From a virus, in the IMG/VR virus record IMGVR_UViG_3300000568_000014: a stretch of DNA of 64,000 nucleotides, one strand, 5' to 3'. The notes under the pieces are model-generated. The model saw only the letters and a program-made list of their open reading frames with translations, had not been told where the DNA came from and searched no databases. The position numbers were made by a program, and so were the translations under genes. Positions 9,761 to 18,562 of this stretch are shown in pieces. The number at the start of each line of letters is the position of its first letter. The stretch's first letter is position 1.

Positions 9761-10195
9761 TTACACATCATATCGTTTTCTGTCTTTGAATTCTGCAACC
9801 TTGGCGGCATTCCACCCATTGAATGGTTGTATGTACCCGGTTATACGCGATAAAATCTGAACGTTATGGGAATTACATTTTGGACATATGGGTTCTTCAC
9901 AAATTTCACAAAAAGAAAACCCTTCCACAACTTCGTGTGAGCAATGACAATGATCAGCAGGACACATTTTATCAATTCCTACGGTCCCACAATTTGGACA
10001 GGGCGTTTCCCATACAATCATTTTACAATTGTTGCATTTATATCTCTTTAATTCGTCCGATGCAGCATCCCAGGCTGCATCGAGTCCTTTTGTTTTGAAT
10101 CTCTTCAAGAGTTCAAGTTGTTCTTCATTCAAGTTTTCCATTTTTTTCACCCAACTATATAATGTAAATTTTTGTATATATGAACTATCCCTCAT
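9761..10195 (-). CDS. stand-alone NrdD C-terminal (Zn-ribbon plus glycyl-radical) protein
   Basis: CPKCNSHNVQILSRITGYIQPFNGWNAAKVAEFKDRKRY matches the class III RNR glycyl-radical tail; likely start is MENLNEEQ (~10141). Confidence 0.8.
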   Translation of the reverse strand: MRDSSYIQKFTLYSWVKKMENLNEEQLELLKRFKTKGLDAAWDAASDELKRYKCNNCKMIVWETPCPNCGTVGIDKMCPADHCHCSHEVVEGFSFCEICEEPICPKCNSHNVQILSRITGYIQPFNGWNAAKVAEFKDRKRYDV

Positions 10196-11375
10196 GGATT
10201 TCTTGATTCATTCTTTTCTTTTCGAACAAGTCCTCAAGCTCACCGGATCGTTCCAATCCTGATCTTAATCCAACCAAATTTTGTTCTTGTATCGCAAATT
10301 TCTTTATGTTTATAGCTGCATTTACATCTCTATCGTGAAAACATCCGCAATGTTCACATATCCATTCTACATCTGATAATTTCAACTTATGGTTGATACT
10401 ACCACAATTATTGCATATTTTTGAAGATGGTTTAAATCTACCTATTTTTATAAATGGTTTTTCATTCCATAAACATTTATATTCAAGCATTCTAAAGAAT
10501 TTTCCCCAGGAAACATCGGTTAGTAAATCTTCAATTTTTTTACTCGTACACATACCTATAATATCTAAAGTTTCAACTGCAATGGCTTGGTTCTCGCTAA
10601 CAATTTTAGTTGATACTTTATTTAAGAAATCATTTCTTTGATTTTTTATTTTTTCGTGTAATTTTACATATTTATGATAAGATTTCTCTCTATTATGTGA
10701 TCCTTCTTTTTTTCTTTTCATTCGTTTTTCTAAAACTTTCAATCTCTTTTTGTTGTTAGTTAAAAATCTTGGATTTTCTATCTTTTCTCCATTAGATAGG
10801 GTTGCAAACGTTCTTATTCCAACATCAATACCAATTAAGCTTTCTTCACTCGGTTTTTTTGTATCAGGAATTTGTTTTCCATCATCTACGAATATTCCTA
10901 TAAACCATTTGTTTGTTTTTGTAATGAAAACTACCGACGATTTTAAATCTCCTTCAATTTTCCTATCAAAAATTGCTTTAACATTCCCTATTTTAGGAAG
11001 AAATACTTTCTTTTCTTCATATGATATTTTGTAGTTTTGAGGGATTGGAAATGATTTTGAAAATCCTTTTTTTGTTTTAAACTTTGGAAATTCTCCTTTT
11101 TTTCTGAAAAATTTTGTGAAATCGTTGTCTAATATCCTTACACATCCCTGTAGAGTTTGAGCGTTTATTTCTTTCAACCATGGTTTTGATTTCTTTAAAT
11201 TTACTAACTTGTTATTAAGATCAAAACACGTAAGTTTTTCTTTCTTAATTTCATAAGATTTTATTTTTTCCTCTAACGCCCAATTGTAAATAAATCTACA
11301 AGCGTGAACATGATTCCACATATGTTCATTTTGTTTACCGTTTGGGTATAGTCTGAATTTATATGTTTTAATCAA
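10185..11375 (-). mobile_element. tnpB: IS200/IS605-family TnpB RNA-guided endonuclease, no TnpA (IS1341-like)
   Basis: KTYKFRLYP HTH, RuvC motifs GIDVG / AVETL / DRDVNAAINI, CxxC..CxxC finger; visibly more AT-rich than flanks. Confidence 0.92.
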
Positions 11376-11449
11376 ACAACATTCTTTTGTTTTAAAGATA
11401 TTTATAATTTTCTGTAGAAATTAAAATTAAAGGAATATATAACCACTTG

Positions 11450-11845
11450 AAAAATGAAAAGTCTAAACGTCGCATAAAAGTCGCCAACCTTTTAATCGCC
11501 CGTAAATTCCTTGGTTTGGAATATTTCATGGATTCCTGGATTCCGATGCATGAAGAGTCGCAAAGTAGCCCCCCGCTCTGTATGTATACACATAGAGGAT
11601 TTATAAATGATCGATAAATATTTTTTATTTTATTTTTTATATATAATTATATTTTATATTATTTTTAAATAAAAACGTAGCGCGCGTATTTTAGCCCCCG
11701 CGTGTGTGTATATAGACAGGGCTACGCTACTTTGCGACTCTTCAGGTGTCCGAGCAAATTTTAGACTCCTTTCTTCAATTCCGGCTATTTCCTTCCGATT
11801 AAAAGGTTGGCGACTCTCTGTAGACTTTTAGACTCTTCATTTTTT
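11450..11845. repeat. long imperfect inverted repeat around an AT-rich core (candidate replication origin)
   Basis: 11479-11498 pairs with 11796-11815 (20 bp), 11551-11569 with 11726-11744 (19 bp), 11450-11467 with ~11827-11845; AT-rich centre ~11600-11675. Confidence 0.75.
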
Positions 11846-11974
11846 GATTCTTTTTGGTTTATAAAAATGATTTTATATTTCTTTCTATTTCCACAGAAAC
11901 CTTTATGTGGTCATACGTTCCAATAGTAACAATCGCCCGGACATCGAGCGAGAACAACAACGGAGAAACAAACG

Positions 11975-13201
11975 ATGGAAGCAACGGAAGTCATCAAGTC
12001 AATTGAAGGAACAGATGTTTGGAACAACGCATTAAGCGCGGGACTCAAACCGTCAGAAATTGTCGGTGGCATTTCTGATAAACTTGTAAAGTATGGAGAA
12101 AAGAGAGCAATCAGTATTGCTACTGCTGCTATTACCAGGGAGATCAGTAACCTTGATAAGGAATTTGTTACTGTAAAGGGTATAGTTGTTGGTAGTACTG
12201 ATCGTTTCGGATCTAAATCCCCTGTTACGTATCATTGTCTAGATAATAAAGGAAAGCCTTTCAAGATCGCAACGTGGGACCATAATCTTATTACGTTCCC
12301 AAATATTGTTGAGGTAAAGGGAGAATTCAACCAAAAGTATGGTAACATCATTGTAAGTGATGTTCTTAGTACTGACACTGTAAAGAATAACATTGCAGAG
12401 AAACTTGCAACGGTTGCTATGGAAGCTACCAGTGACTTTACACATGTTGAACAGTATCAGGTAATATCTGTCAAGGGTGTTATTCGTTGGATTAACCCAT
12501 CTGCTAAGTTTGAGAACAGTGAGAGAGTTGGGTCACATGAAATAATGGAGACTAAAGAGTATCCTAACGCAGATCTTCATCCAGTTCTGGATATTTCATT
12601 AGATCCCATGGAATCTAACAATCGTATTAATCTCCAATTAAAGAGACAACGTGCTGGTAATCCTCTCATTAATATCGAGGATTTTGTTGAGATTGTAAGA
12701 GATGGATACACGCAAAACCGTGGAGATCCAAAGAAACAGTCAAAGTACGTAGAAGACGCACTCAGGGGAGTAGAAGTAATGGCTGTTGGAGAGGTTAGCA
12801 GTATCAAGGAAGTGTGGAACGCTGATAACAATCAGATGAACAATTTCATAAATCTGTCTATCTCCTATATAGAGGAAATTGGTTTTGATGGAGAATCCAT
12901 TAAGAAACCAGTAAACCCTCAAAAGAAGGAAGAGACTCCAAAGAAAGAAGAGAAACCAAAGAAGCCAAAGAAATCTGAGGAAAAGAAAGAGGAGCCTGTC
13001 AAAGAAGAGAAAGACAAGGATTATAGTGAGGTTGTTCGGGACATTATAACCCTTGCTAAGATTCTTAAGAGACATCCTAATGAGATTACTCCCTCTGAGA
13101 TTCGTACGCAGTTAGAGATAAAACTAACAGATACCATGATCAAAGCAGCCATTGAAAAGGCTGAAGCAGAGTATAAGAAATTCGCGGGGAGATCAAAGTG
13201 A
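11975..13201 (+). CDS. putative OB-fold ssDNA-binding protein
   Basis: First gene of the replication operon; repeated VTVKGIV/ISVKGVI-type strands and a K/E-rich linker. Confidence 0.45.
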   Translation: MEATEVIKSIEGTDVWNNALSAGLKPSEIVGGISDKLVKYGEKRAISIATAAITREISNLDKEFVTVKGIVVGSTDRFGSKSPVTYHCLDNKGKPFKIATWDHNLITFPNIVEVKGEFNQKYGNIIVSDVLSTDTVKNNIAEKLATVAMEATSDFTHVEQYQVISVKGVIRWINPSAKFENSERVGSHEIMETKEYPNADLHPVLDISLDPMESNNRINLQLKRQRAGNPLINIEDFVEIVRDGYTQNRGDPKKQSKYVEDALRGVEVMAVGEVSSIKEVWNADNNQMNNFINLSISYIEEIGFDGESIKKPVNPQKKEETPKKEEKPKKPKKSEEKKEEPVKEEKDKDYSEVVRDIITLAKILKRHPNEITPSEIRTQLEIKLTDTMIKAAIEKAEAEYKKFAGRSK

Positions 13202-14025
13202 CTGATCAAACCATTTCTTTTCAGAAGGCTGAAAGAAAGAAATCCAAGTTACGATTAGCACTTTTTGGAGCGGCAGGTTCTGGTAAAACATTATCTGCTC
13301 TGCTATTAGCAAGCGGTCTTAAAGAAGACTGTAAAATAGCAGTAGTAGATACAGAAAATGGTTCCGCTGAGATTTATGCTGACCGCGCAAAGTTTGATGT
13401 CATAAACTTCTCTCCTCCTTATACACCGGATAAGTTCATAGATGCCATACACACTGCTGAAAGAGAAGGGTACGATGTTTTAATTATAGACACTATATCT
13501 GCAATGTGGAGCGGAGAGGGTGGGTTACTGGATATTAAACAGCGTATTGAGAAACGAGGTGGTGGAAATTCGTTTACGGCCTGGGCGCAATGTACTCCCA
13601 TCTTTAATCGTTTCGTAGATGCAATTCTTCAGAGCAGTATTCATATCATATGTACTATGAGAAGTAAGGCTGAATATACTGTTATGAAAGATCCCAATGG
13701 TGGGATAAAAGGAATTGCAAAAGTTGGGACCACGCCAATCCAACGCGGAGAGATCGACTACAACTTCACGACTGTGTTTCACTTGGATCGTGAAAACAAC
13801 GCTGTAGTAACAAAAGATCGTACGAGTATGTTCAATACCGTAGTTCCCTTTAGAATAACCGAAGAAACTGGAAGATTAATTGCAGAGTGGCTAAACGTAG
13901 GGTCTCCTATGAAGCCATCGAGAAAGGAAGAAAAATCCAAATCCGAGGAAGAAGAGGAAGCGACTTACGAAGAACCTAAAGATCTTCCTGAAGATCAAGA
14001 GGAACCTGGAGCAGATTTATTTTGA
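13198..14025 (+). CDS. AAA_24 family P-loop ATPase (Sak4-like)
   Basis: GAAGSGKT Walker A, VDTENGS, LIIDTIS Walker B, KDRT motif. Confidence 0.85.
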   Translation: MTDQTISFQKAERKKSKLRLALFGAAGSGKTLSALLLASGLKEDCKIAVVDTENGSAEIYADRAKFDVINFSPPYTPDKFIDAIHTAEREGYDVLIIDTISAMWSGEGGLLDIKQRIEKRGGGNSFTAWAQCTPIFNRFVDAILQSSIHIICTMRSKAEYTVMKDPNGGIKGIAKVGTTPIQRGEIDYNFTTVFHLDRENNAVVTKDRTSMFNTVVPFRITEETGRLIAEWLNVGSPMKPSRKEEKSKSEEEEEATYEEPKDLPEDQEEPGADLF

Positions 14026-15416
14026 TTACTCTAAATAGACCTAACTACTCTGCTTACTACTATGTAAACGGTAAGCTGCCAAAAGAAGTAGTATCCACTA
14101 TTGATATCGCTACCTCTGATTTTCCCGTTGGGTATGACAGAACCGATAAATTTCAACGGGGAGAATGGGATGGAAAATTCCACCTTTTTAACAAATCCTC
14201 TTCGGGTTACTATTATTTTCCTTGTGGAATGATAGATGATGTAACTCAAATACTCGATTCTTATGATATAGAATACGTGGTTAAAAGCGATACTTATGAA
14301 TACACTTCTTTGAATTTGAAGTGGAATTCTAATATTAATTTATATCCTTATCAGGTAGATTGCTTATTATCCTTGATGAGAAATGGATCTGGAGTTTTAT
14401 CACTTCCAACCGGGAGCGGTAAAACTATAGTAGCACTAAATTATGCTTATGCAAGGAATTCTCCTTTTATAGTATTGGTTCACCGTCAAGAATTGTTAGA
14501 TCAATGGGATTACGAAATAAAGAGGTTACTAAACATTGAACCAACTCTTGTAGGGGAAGGAGAAGGATATCCAGGCAGTAATTGTTGCGTTGCAATGGTT
14601 CAAACTCTATGGCAGTATGTAAAGTCAGGAAAATTGAAGAAGATATCAAAATTCCCTCTCCTAATACTTGACGAGGTTCATACGATTCCTTCTAAAACTG
14701 CATACAATGTTGCCATGAGATGTGATTCTTTCTGGAGAGTTGGGCTTACTGCTACTCCCAATCGTGAAGATAACTTAGAATTGAAAATATTTGGGGCTAC
14801 TGGTAGAATTGTCAAAGAGTTATCTGTGCCAGATTTGATAGACCAAAATTACCTAGCTGAACCAAAATTCGTTATAATTCGTCCAACTAGTGGTTCTTTC
14901 AAGTCTGGAGATAACTTCTCGCAGGTTTATAAAAAGGGAATTATAATAAATGAAGATAGAAACCAAACGATTGTAAAATACGCAAATAAACTCATTAATA
15001 TGGGAAAGTTAGTATATATTCATGTTATTCAAATTTCTCATGGTAAGAATATAGCGAGCAGAATTCCTAATGCGCGCTTTGTGAGTTCAACAACAAAAAC
15101 TAGGAGAGAAGATATTCAAGATTTTAAAGATGGAAAATATCCAGTTTTAGTAAGCACTTTACTCAAGGAAGGTGTGGATGTGCCGTCAATGGACGCTATT
15201 ATATTTGCGGCAGGTTATAAGAGTAGCGTTCTTGTAATTCAAACTATAGGGAGGGCATTACGGGCCGCAAAGGGTAAAAAGGATTCAACAATTGTTGACT
15301 TTTTCGATCACGGGCATCGTTTTTTAGAACAACATTCACAAATGAGAATGAATACCTATGCAGAAACGTATGGAAAATATTTCAAACCTAAATATATTCG
15401 CTCGGAGGACATTTAA
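14022..15416 (+). CDS. superfamily 2 helicase (UvsW/XPB-like)
   Basis: LPTGSGKT, DEVH, GLTATP, EGVDVP, QTIGRALR motifs. Confidence 0.92.
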   Translation: MITLNRPNYSAYYYVNGKLPKEVVSTIDIATSDFPVGYDRTDKFQRGEWDGKFHLFNKSSSGYYYFPCGMIDDVTQILDSYDIEYVVKSDTYEYTSLNLKWNSNINLYPYQVDCLLSLMRNGSGVLSLPTGSGKTIVALNYAYARNSPFIVLVHRQELLDQWDYEIKRLLNIEPTLVGEGEGYPGSNCCVAMVQTLWQYVKSGKLKKISKFPLLILDEVHTIPSKTAYNVAMRCDSFWRVGLTATPNREDNLELKIFGATGRIVKELSVPDLIDQNYLAEPKFVIIRPTSGSFKSGDNFSQVYKKGIIINEDRNQTIVKYANKLINMGKLVYIHVIQISHGKNIASRIPNARFVSSTTKTRREDIQDFKDGKYPVLVSTLLKEGVDVPSMDAIIFAAGYKSSVLVIQTIGRALRAAKGKKDSTIVDFFDHGHRFLEQHSQMRMNTYAETYGKYFKPKYIRSEDI

Positions 15417-16076
15417 ATGCCTGGATATGTAATTCTTGATGATGGAAGAGTGATCCCTTCCGTAACAACTATGTTGTCTGATATTTGCAAAATCCATAAT
15501 AATGGAATTGGAAGATTTGATACATTCCCTCCAATGGAACTTGATAGACTATCAAAAATAGGTACTCTAGTCCACTGTAGGATTCTTTCTTCCATATGTG
15601 AACAGAATGCTCCTCTTCCCGAATTTCCATTATCTCAATATCCTGAGGGTTCTGAGATGTATTGTGATATTGCCCAGGAGATGTGGGATGAAATTCGTCT
15701 TGACATTTCCTACCCTATAAACATAGAAACTCGTATAGTCAATGAGAAGTATGGGTTCCATGGTCAGTTTGATTTGTGTTGTCGAGTAGATGGAATGTTG
15801 ACCCTTGTTGATCTAAAAACTTCGGTCCGTGCTTATCCTGATCATTATCTCCAAGTTTCTGCTTATGCAATGTCTCTTCCAACCATTCCAGAACGCGCAA
15901 TGATAATATCCCTCTGTCCTTACGTTGAGAAAAATCCAACTCTTACCGCTAAAGTTTACGAAGTAACCCGATCAGAGATAGAAGAATTCTTCCTAGAGTT
16001 TACAGAGTACTGTGAAGAATGGCATAGAAATTTTGACAACGGAAAATCAATTCCCCCTTCGAGGATACATGGCTGA
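15417..16076 (+). CDS. PD-(D/E)XK exonuclease
   Basis: PSVTT, GTLVH, GQFD..LVDLKTS, QVSAYA motifs. Confidence 0.85.
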   Translation: MPGYVILDDGRVIPSVTTMLSDICKIHNNGIGRFDTFPPMELDRLSKIGTLVHCRILSSICEQNAPLPEFPLSQYPEGSEMYCDIAQEMWDEIRLDISYPINIETRIVNEKYGFHGQFDLCCRVDGMLTLVDLKTSVRAYPDHYLQVSAYAMSLPTIPERAMIISLCPYVEKNPTLTAKVYEVTRSEIEEFFLEFTEYCEEWHRNFDNGKSIPPSRIHG

Positions 16077-18378
16077 ATATGTGACTCTTTCAGAACGCTC
16101 GGAGAGACCACAGGATGTAATTCCTCCTCAACTCAGTATCGACGGATTTAGATTTATACTTTTAAAGCAAAAAGACAAACCCGCAATAGAAAAAGATTGG
16201 AATAAAGATAAGAACTACAAGTTTGACGATCCCAAACTACTGGAACATATCCGAAGGGGCGGCAATTACGGCGTAATTCCTTCCTCTGACAATCTCTGCA
16301 TTGTAGATGCAGACGATTACGAGAGGCTTAATCAACTCGGAACAATCGATATATTCTCAAATACCTTTACTGTCAGAACTGGAAACCCCGACGCAGAACG
16401 GTATCACTATTACTTCAGGTGCGAAGGAATTGGAGATGTAAAAAAGATACCATTCTACGATCCAGTAATTTCAAAAAACCACCTTGGAGAGATATTCTGT
16501 CCCGGTTGCTCTGCTTATGTCCTCGGACCTGGATGTATTCACCCTTCAGGAAGGGTTTATCAGATTGTAAATGACGTTCCTATACAATCCATATCAGTGG
16601 AGACCCTTGACAAAGAGTTCTTCTCAAAGATAAAAAGCAGAAGGACCAAGGAAGATAACAGTACCCAACGTGCAACCAAGATTCCATTCGGGTTTAATCC
16701 CTCCCGTAACAAACTTACAGATCAGTTGAAATTACGAATTGAAGATTTGGCAATGCCAATAAATGCAACTCGTAGAGGACACGAATACCAGGGGGCGCAT
16801 CCTGTACACGGGAGCACTACTGGTAAGAATTTCTCAATCAATACTTTAAAAAATGTTTGGTTTTGCCATCGTTGTCAGGTTGGTGGAGACCCTATAACAT
16901 GGATTGCCGTAAAAGAGGGATTCATTCGCTGTGAAGACGCTGAAAATTTCCCAGTTGAAGCAGATCTCTTCATAAAGGTAAAGGATGTTCTTTCAACAAA
17001 GTATGGATATGCAAACGAGATAAGAAAGATAGAAGAAGAGTATCAAAAAGAAAAGTATGGAGAAGGATATACTTCGGTAAATGAATCTGATCTGAAGAGA
17101 ATCAAACTTGGAGAGACAATACGATATACTTCGGAACTTCCTGCTGATAATTTTATACAGAAATATGTATCTTGCATGACTAAAACGACAGATGCATATA
17201 CAGAATATCATCATGCATGTGCTCTGTCTATTCTATCTACTTTAACAAATAGAAATGCTGTTATATATCTCCAACAGGGAACAATATACGGGAATATATG
17301 GTCATTCTGTCTTGGAATCTCTACGTATAGCAAGAAATCAACTGCTCTGAAAGCGGCGAGAAACCTATTGCAGGATCTTACTCCTAGTAACGAATTGCCC
17401 CAATCTTTCAGCCCGGAATCTCTTGTGGAAGTTCTTTCGGAAACTCCTCAAGCGTGGATTATCAAAGACGAGGTTGGGGCGTTACTCGTTGCTATTCAGA
17501 AAAAAACCTATATGTCAGACGTTCGAGATATATTCTGCGAGTTATATGAATGTAACAATTACAGGAGAGTCCTACGAAAGGGAAGAGGGGGAAGCGATAA
17601 CAGCTTCTATGTGGACGATCCTTTCCTAACACAAGTCTATGCAACAACTCCAGAAACATTTAGAAATAACACAGAACTTATTGACCTGACATCCGGGTGG
17701 CTTATTCGTTTCCTGTATTTTGCTCCAAGGTATTGGAAACCAAGCAAACCATATACTCCTCTAAGTGAAGAATCTCGTAGGGAGATAAGTGAAATAAAAG
17801 ATGAAATGGCTAAATTGTTCTCTGTGTTTAGAGAGTCGTTGGTAGAGTTTAGATTATCTTCTGACTCACTGGATTACTTCCAGGGATGGCAATTGCAGAG
17901 AGAAAACGAACTCTTTGAGGAGGGAGACTCAATCAAACAGGCTATATTCGGGAGATTATCGACCTATGCAATAAAATTATCAATGATTTTTAAGATTGGA
18001 TCTTCCGAATTTGTTAAAATGATGGAGAAGAAGAATTACACTCCTGATGAAGGTCAGATCGTTGAAATAGAGGAGCGTTATGTAAAGGAAGCGTGTAGAC
18101 AGATTGACGAGTATTTCCTACCAATGGGAATATCAATTACGAAGCAGGTTGAGAGAAATGAAATAACAAGCGTCCAGAACAAGATACTCGGAACTCTTCA
18201 ACGAGGTGGTGGTAAACTAACGAGAAAGCAGGTTTTGCAATCTCTCCACCTTAAAATCAAAGACGTTGAGGAGCACATGCAAGCACTCGTTGAATCCGGT
18301 GAAATATCACAGGTTGATGTGCTGAATGAACAGACTAACAGAACAACAAAATGGATAGTATTAACAGACAAGGTGTAA
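16069..18378 (+). CDS. primase-polymerase (Prim-Pol) fused to a Zn finger and a DUF3987-like C-terminal domain
   Basis: GNYGV..IVDAD..VRTG..HYYF Prim-Pol motifs; HPVH..WFCHRC; degenerate P-loop STYSKKST and KDEVG; start placed at MAEYV. Confidence 0.85.
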   Translation: MAEYVTLSERSERPQDVIPPQLSIDGFRFILLKQKDKPAIEKDWNKDKNYKFDDPKLLEHIRRGGNYGVIPSSDNLCIVDADDYERLNQLGTIDIFSNTFTVRTGNPDAERYHYYFRCEGIGDVKKIPFYDPVISKNHLGEIFCPGCSAYVLGPGCIHPSGRVYQIVNDVPIQSISVETLDKEFFSKIKSRRTKEDNSTQRATKIPFGFNPSRNKLTDQLKLRIEDLAMPINATRRGHEYQGAHPVHGSTTGKNFSINTLKNVWFCHRCQVGGDPITWIAVKEGFIRCEDAENFPVEADLFIKVKDVLSTKYGYANEIRKIEEEYQKEKYGEGYTSVNESDLKRIKLGETIRYTSELPADNFIQKYVSCMTKTTDAYTEYHHACALSILSTLTNRNAVIYLQQGTIYGNIWSFCLGISTYSKKSTALKAARNLLQDLTPSNELPQSFSPESLVEVLSETPQAWIIKDEVGALLVAIQKKTYMSDVRDIFCELYECNNYRRVLRKGRGGSDNSFYVDDPFLTQVYATTPETFRNNTELIDLTSGWLIRFLYFAPRYWKPSKPYTPLSEESRREISEIKDEMAKLFSVFRESLVEFRLSSDSLDYFQGWQLQRENELFEEGDSIKQAIFGRLSTYAIKLSMIFKIGSSEFVKMMEKKNYTPDEGQIVEIEERYVKEACRQIDEYFLPMGISITKQVERNEITSVQNKILGTLQRGGGKLTRKQVLQSLHLKIKDVEEHMQALVESGEISQVDVLNEQTNRTTKWIVLTDKV

Positions 18379-18380
18379 CT

Positions 18381-18560
18381 ATGACTGAAATCGAAACCGT
18401 GTATAGTGTAGAAGAAGCCGCAAAGATTTTGAAGATCAGTGAGCGACTTGTTAGGTTTTACATTCGAAATGGAAGACTTAAAGCTACTAAGATTGGGAAG
18501 TATTACAGAATCAAAGAAAGTAACGTCCTTAAATTGATTGAAAATGGAAACTGTGACTAA
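18381..18560 (+). CDS. excisionase-like HTH_17 DNA-binding protein
   Basis: YSVEEAAKILKIS..VRFYIRNGRLKATKIGKYYRI. Confidence 0.85.
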   Translation: MTEIETVYSVEEAAKILKISERLVRFYIRNGRLKATKIGKYYRIKESNVLKLIENGNCD

Positions 18561-18562
18561 TT

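Noticed and set aside
15417..16076. Cas4 / CRISPR adaptation gene
   Set aside because: Lacks the C-terminal Cys cluster of Cas4; context is a viral recombination and replication operon
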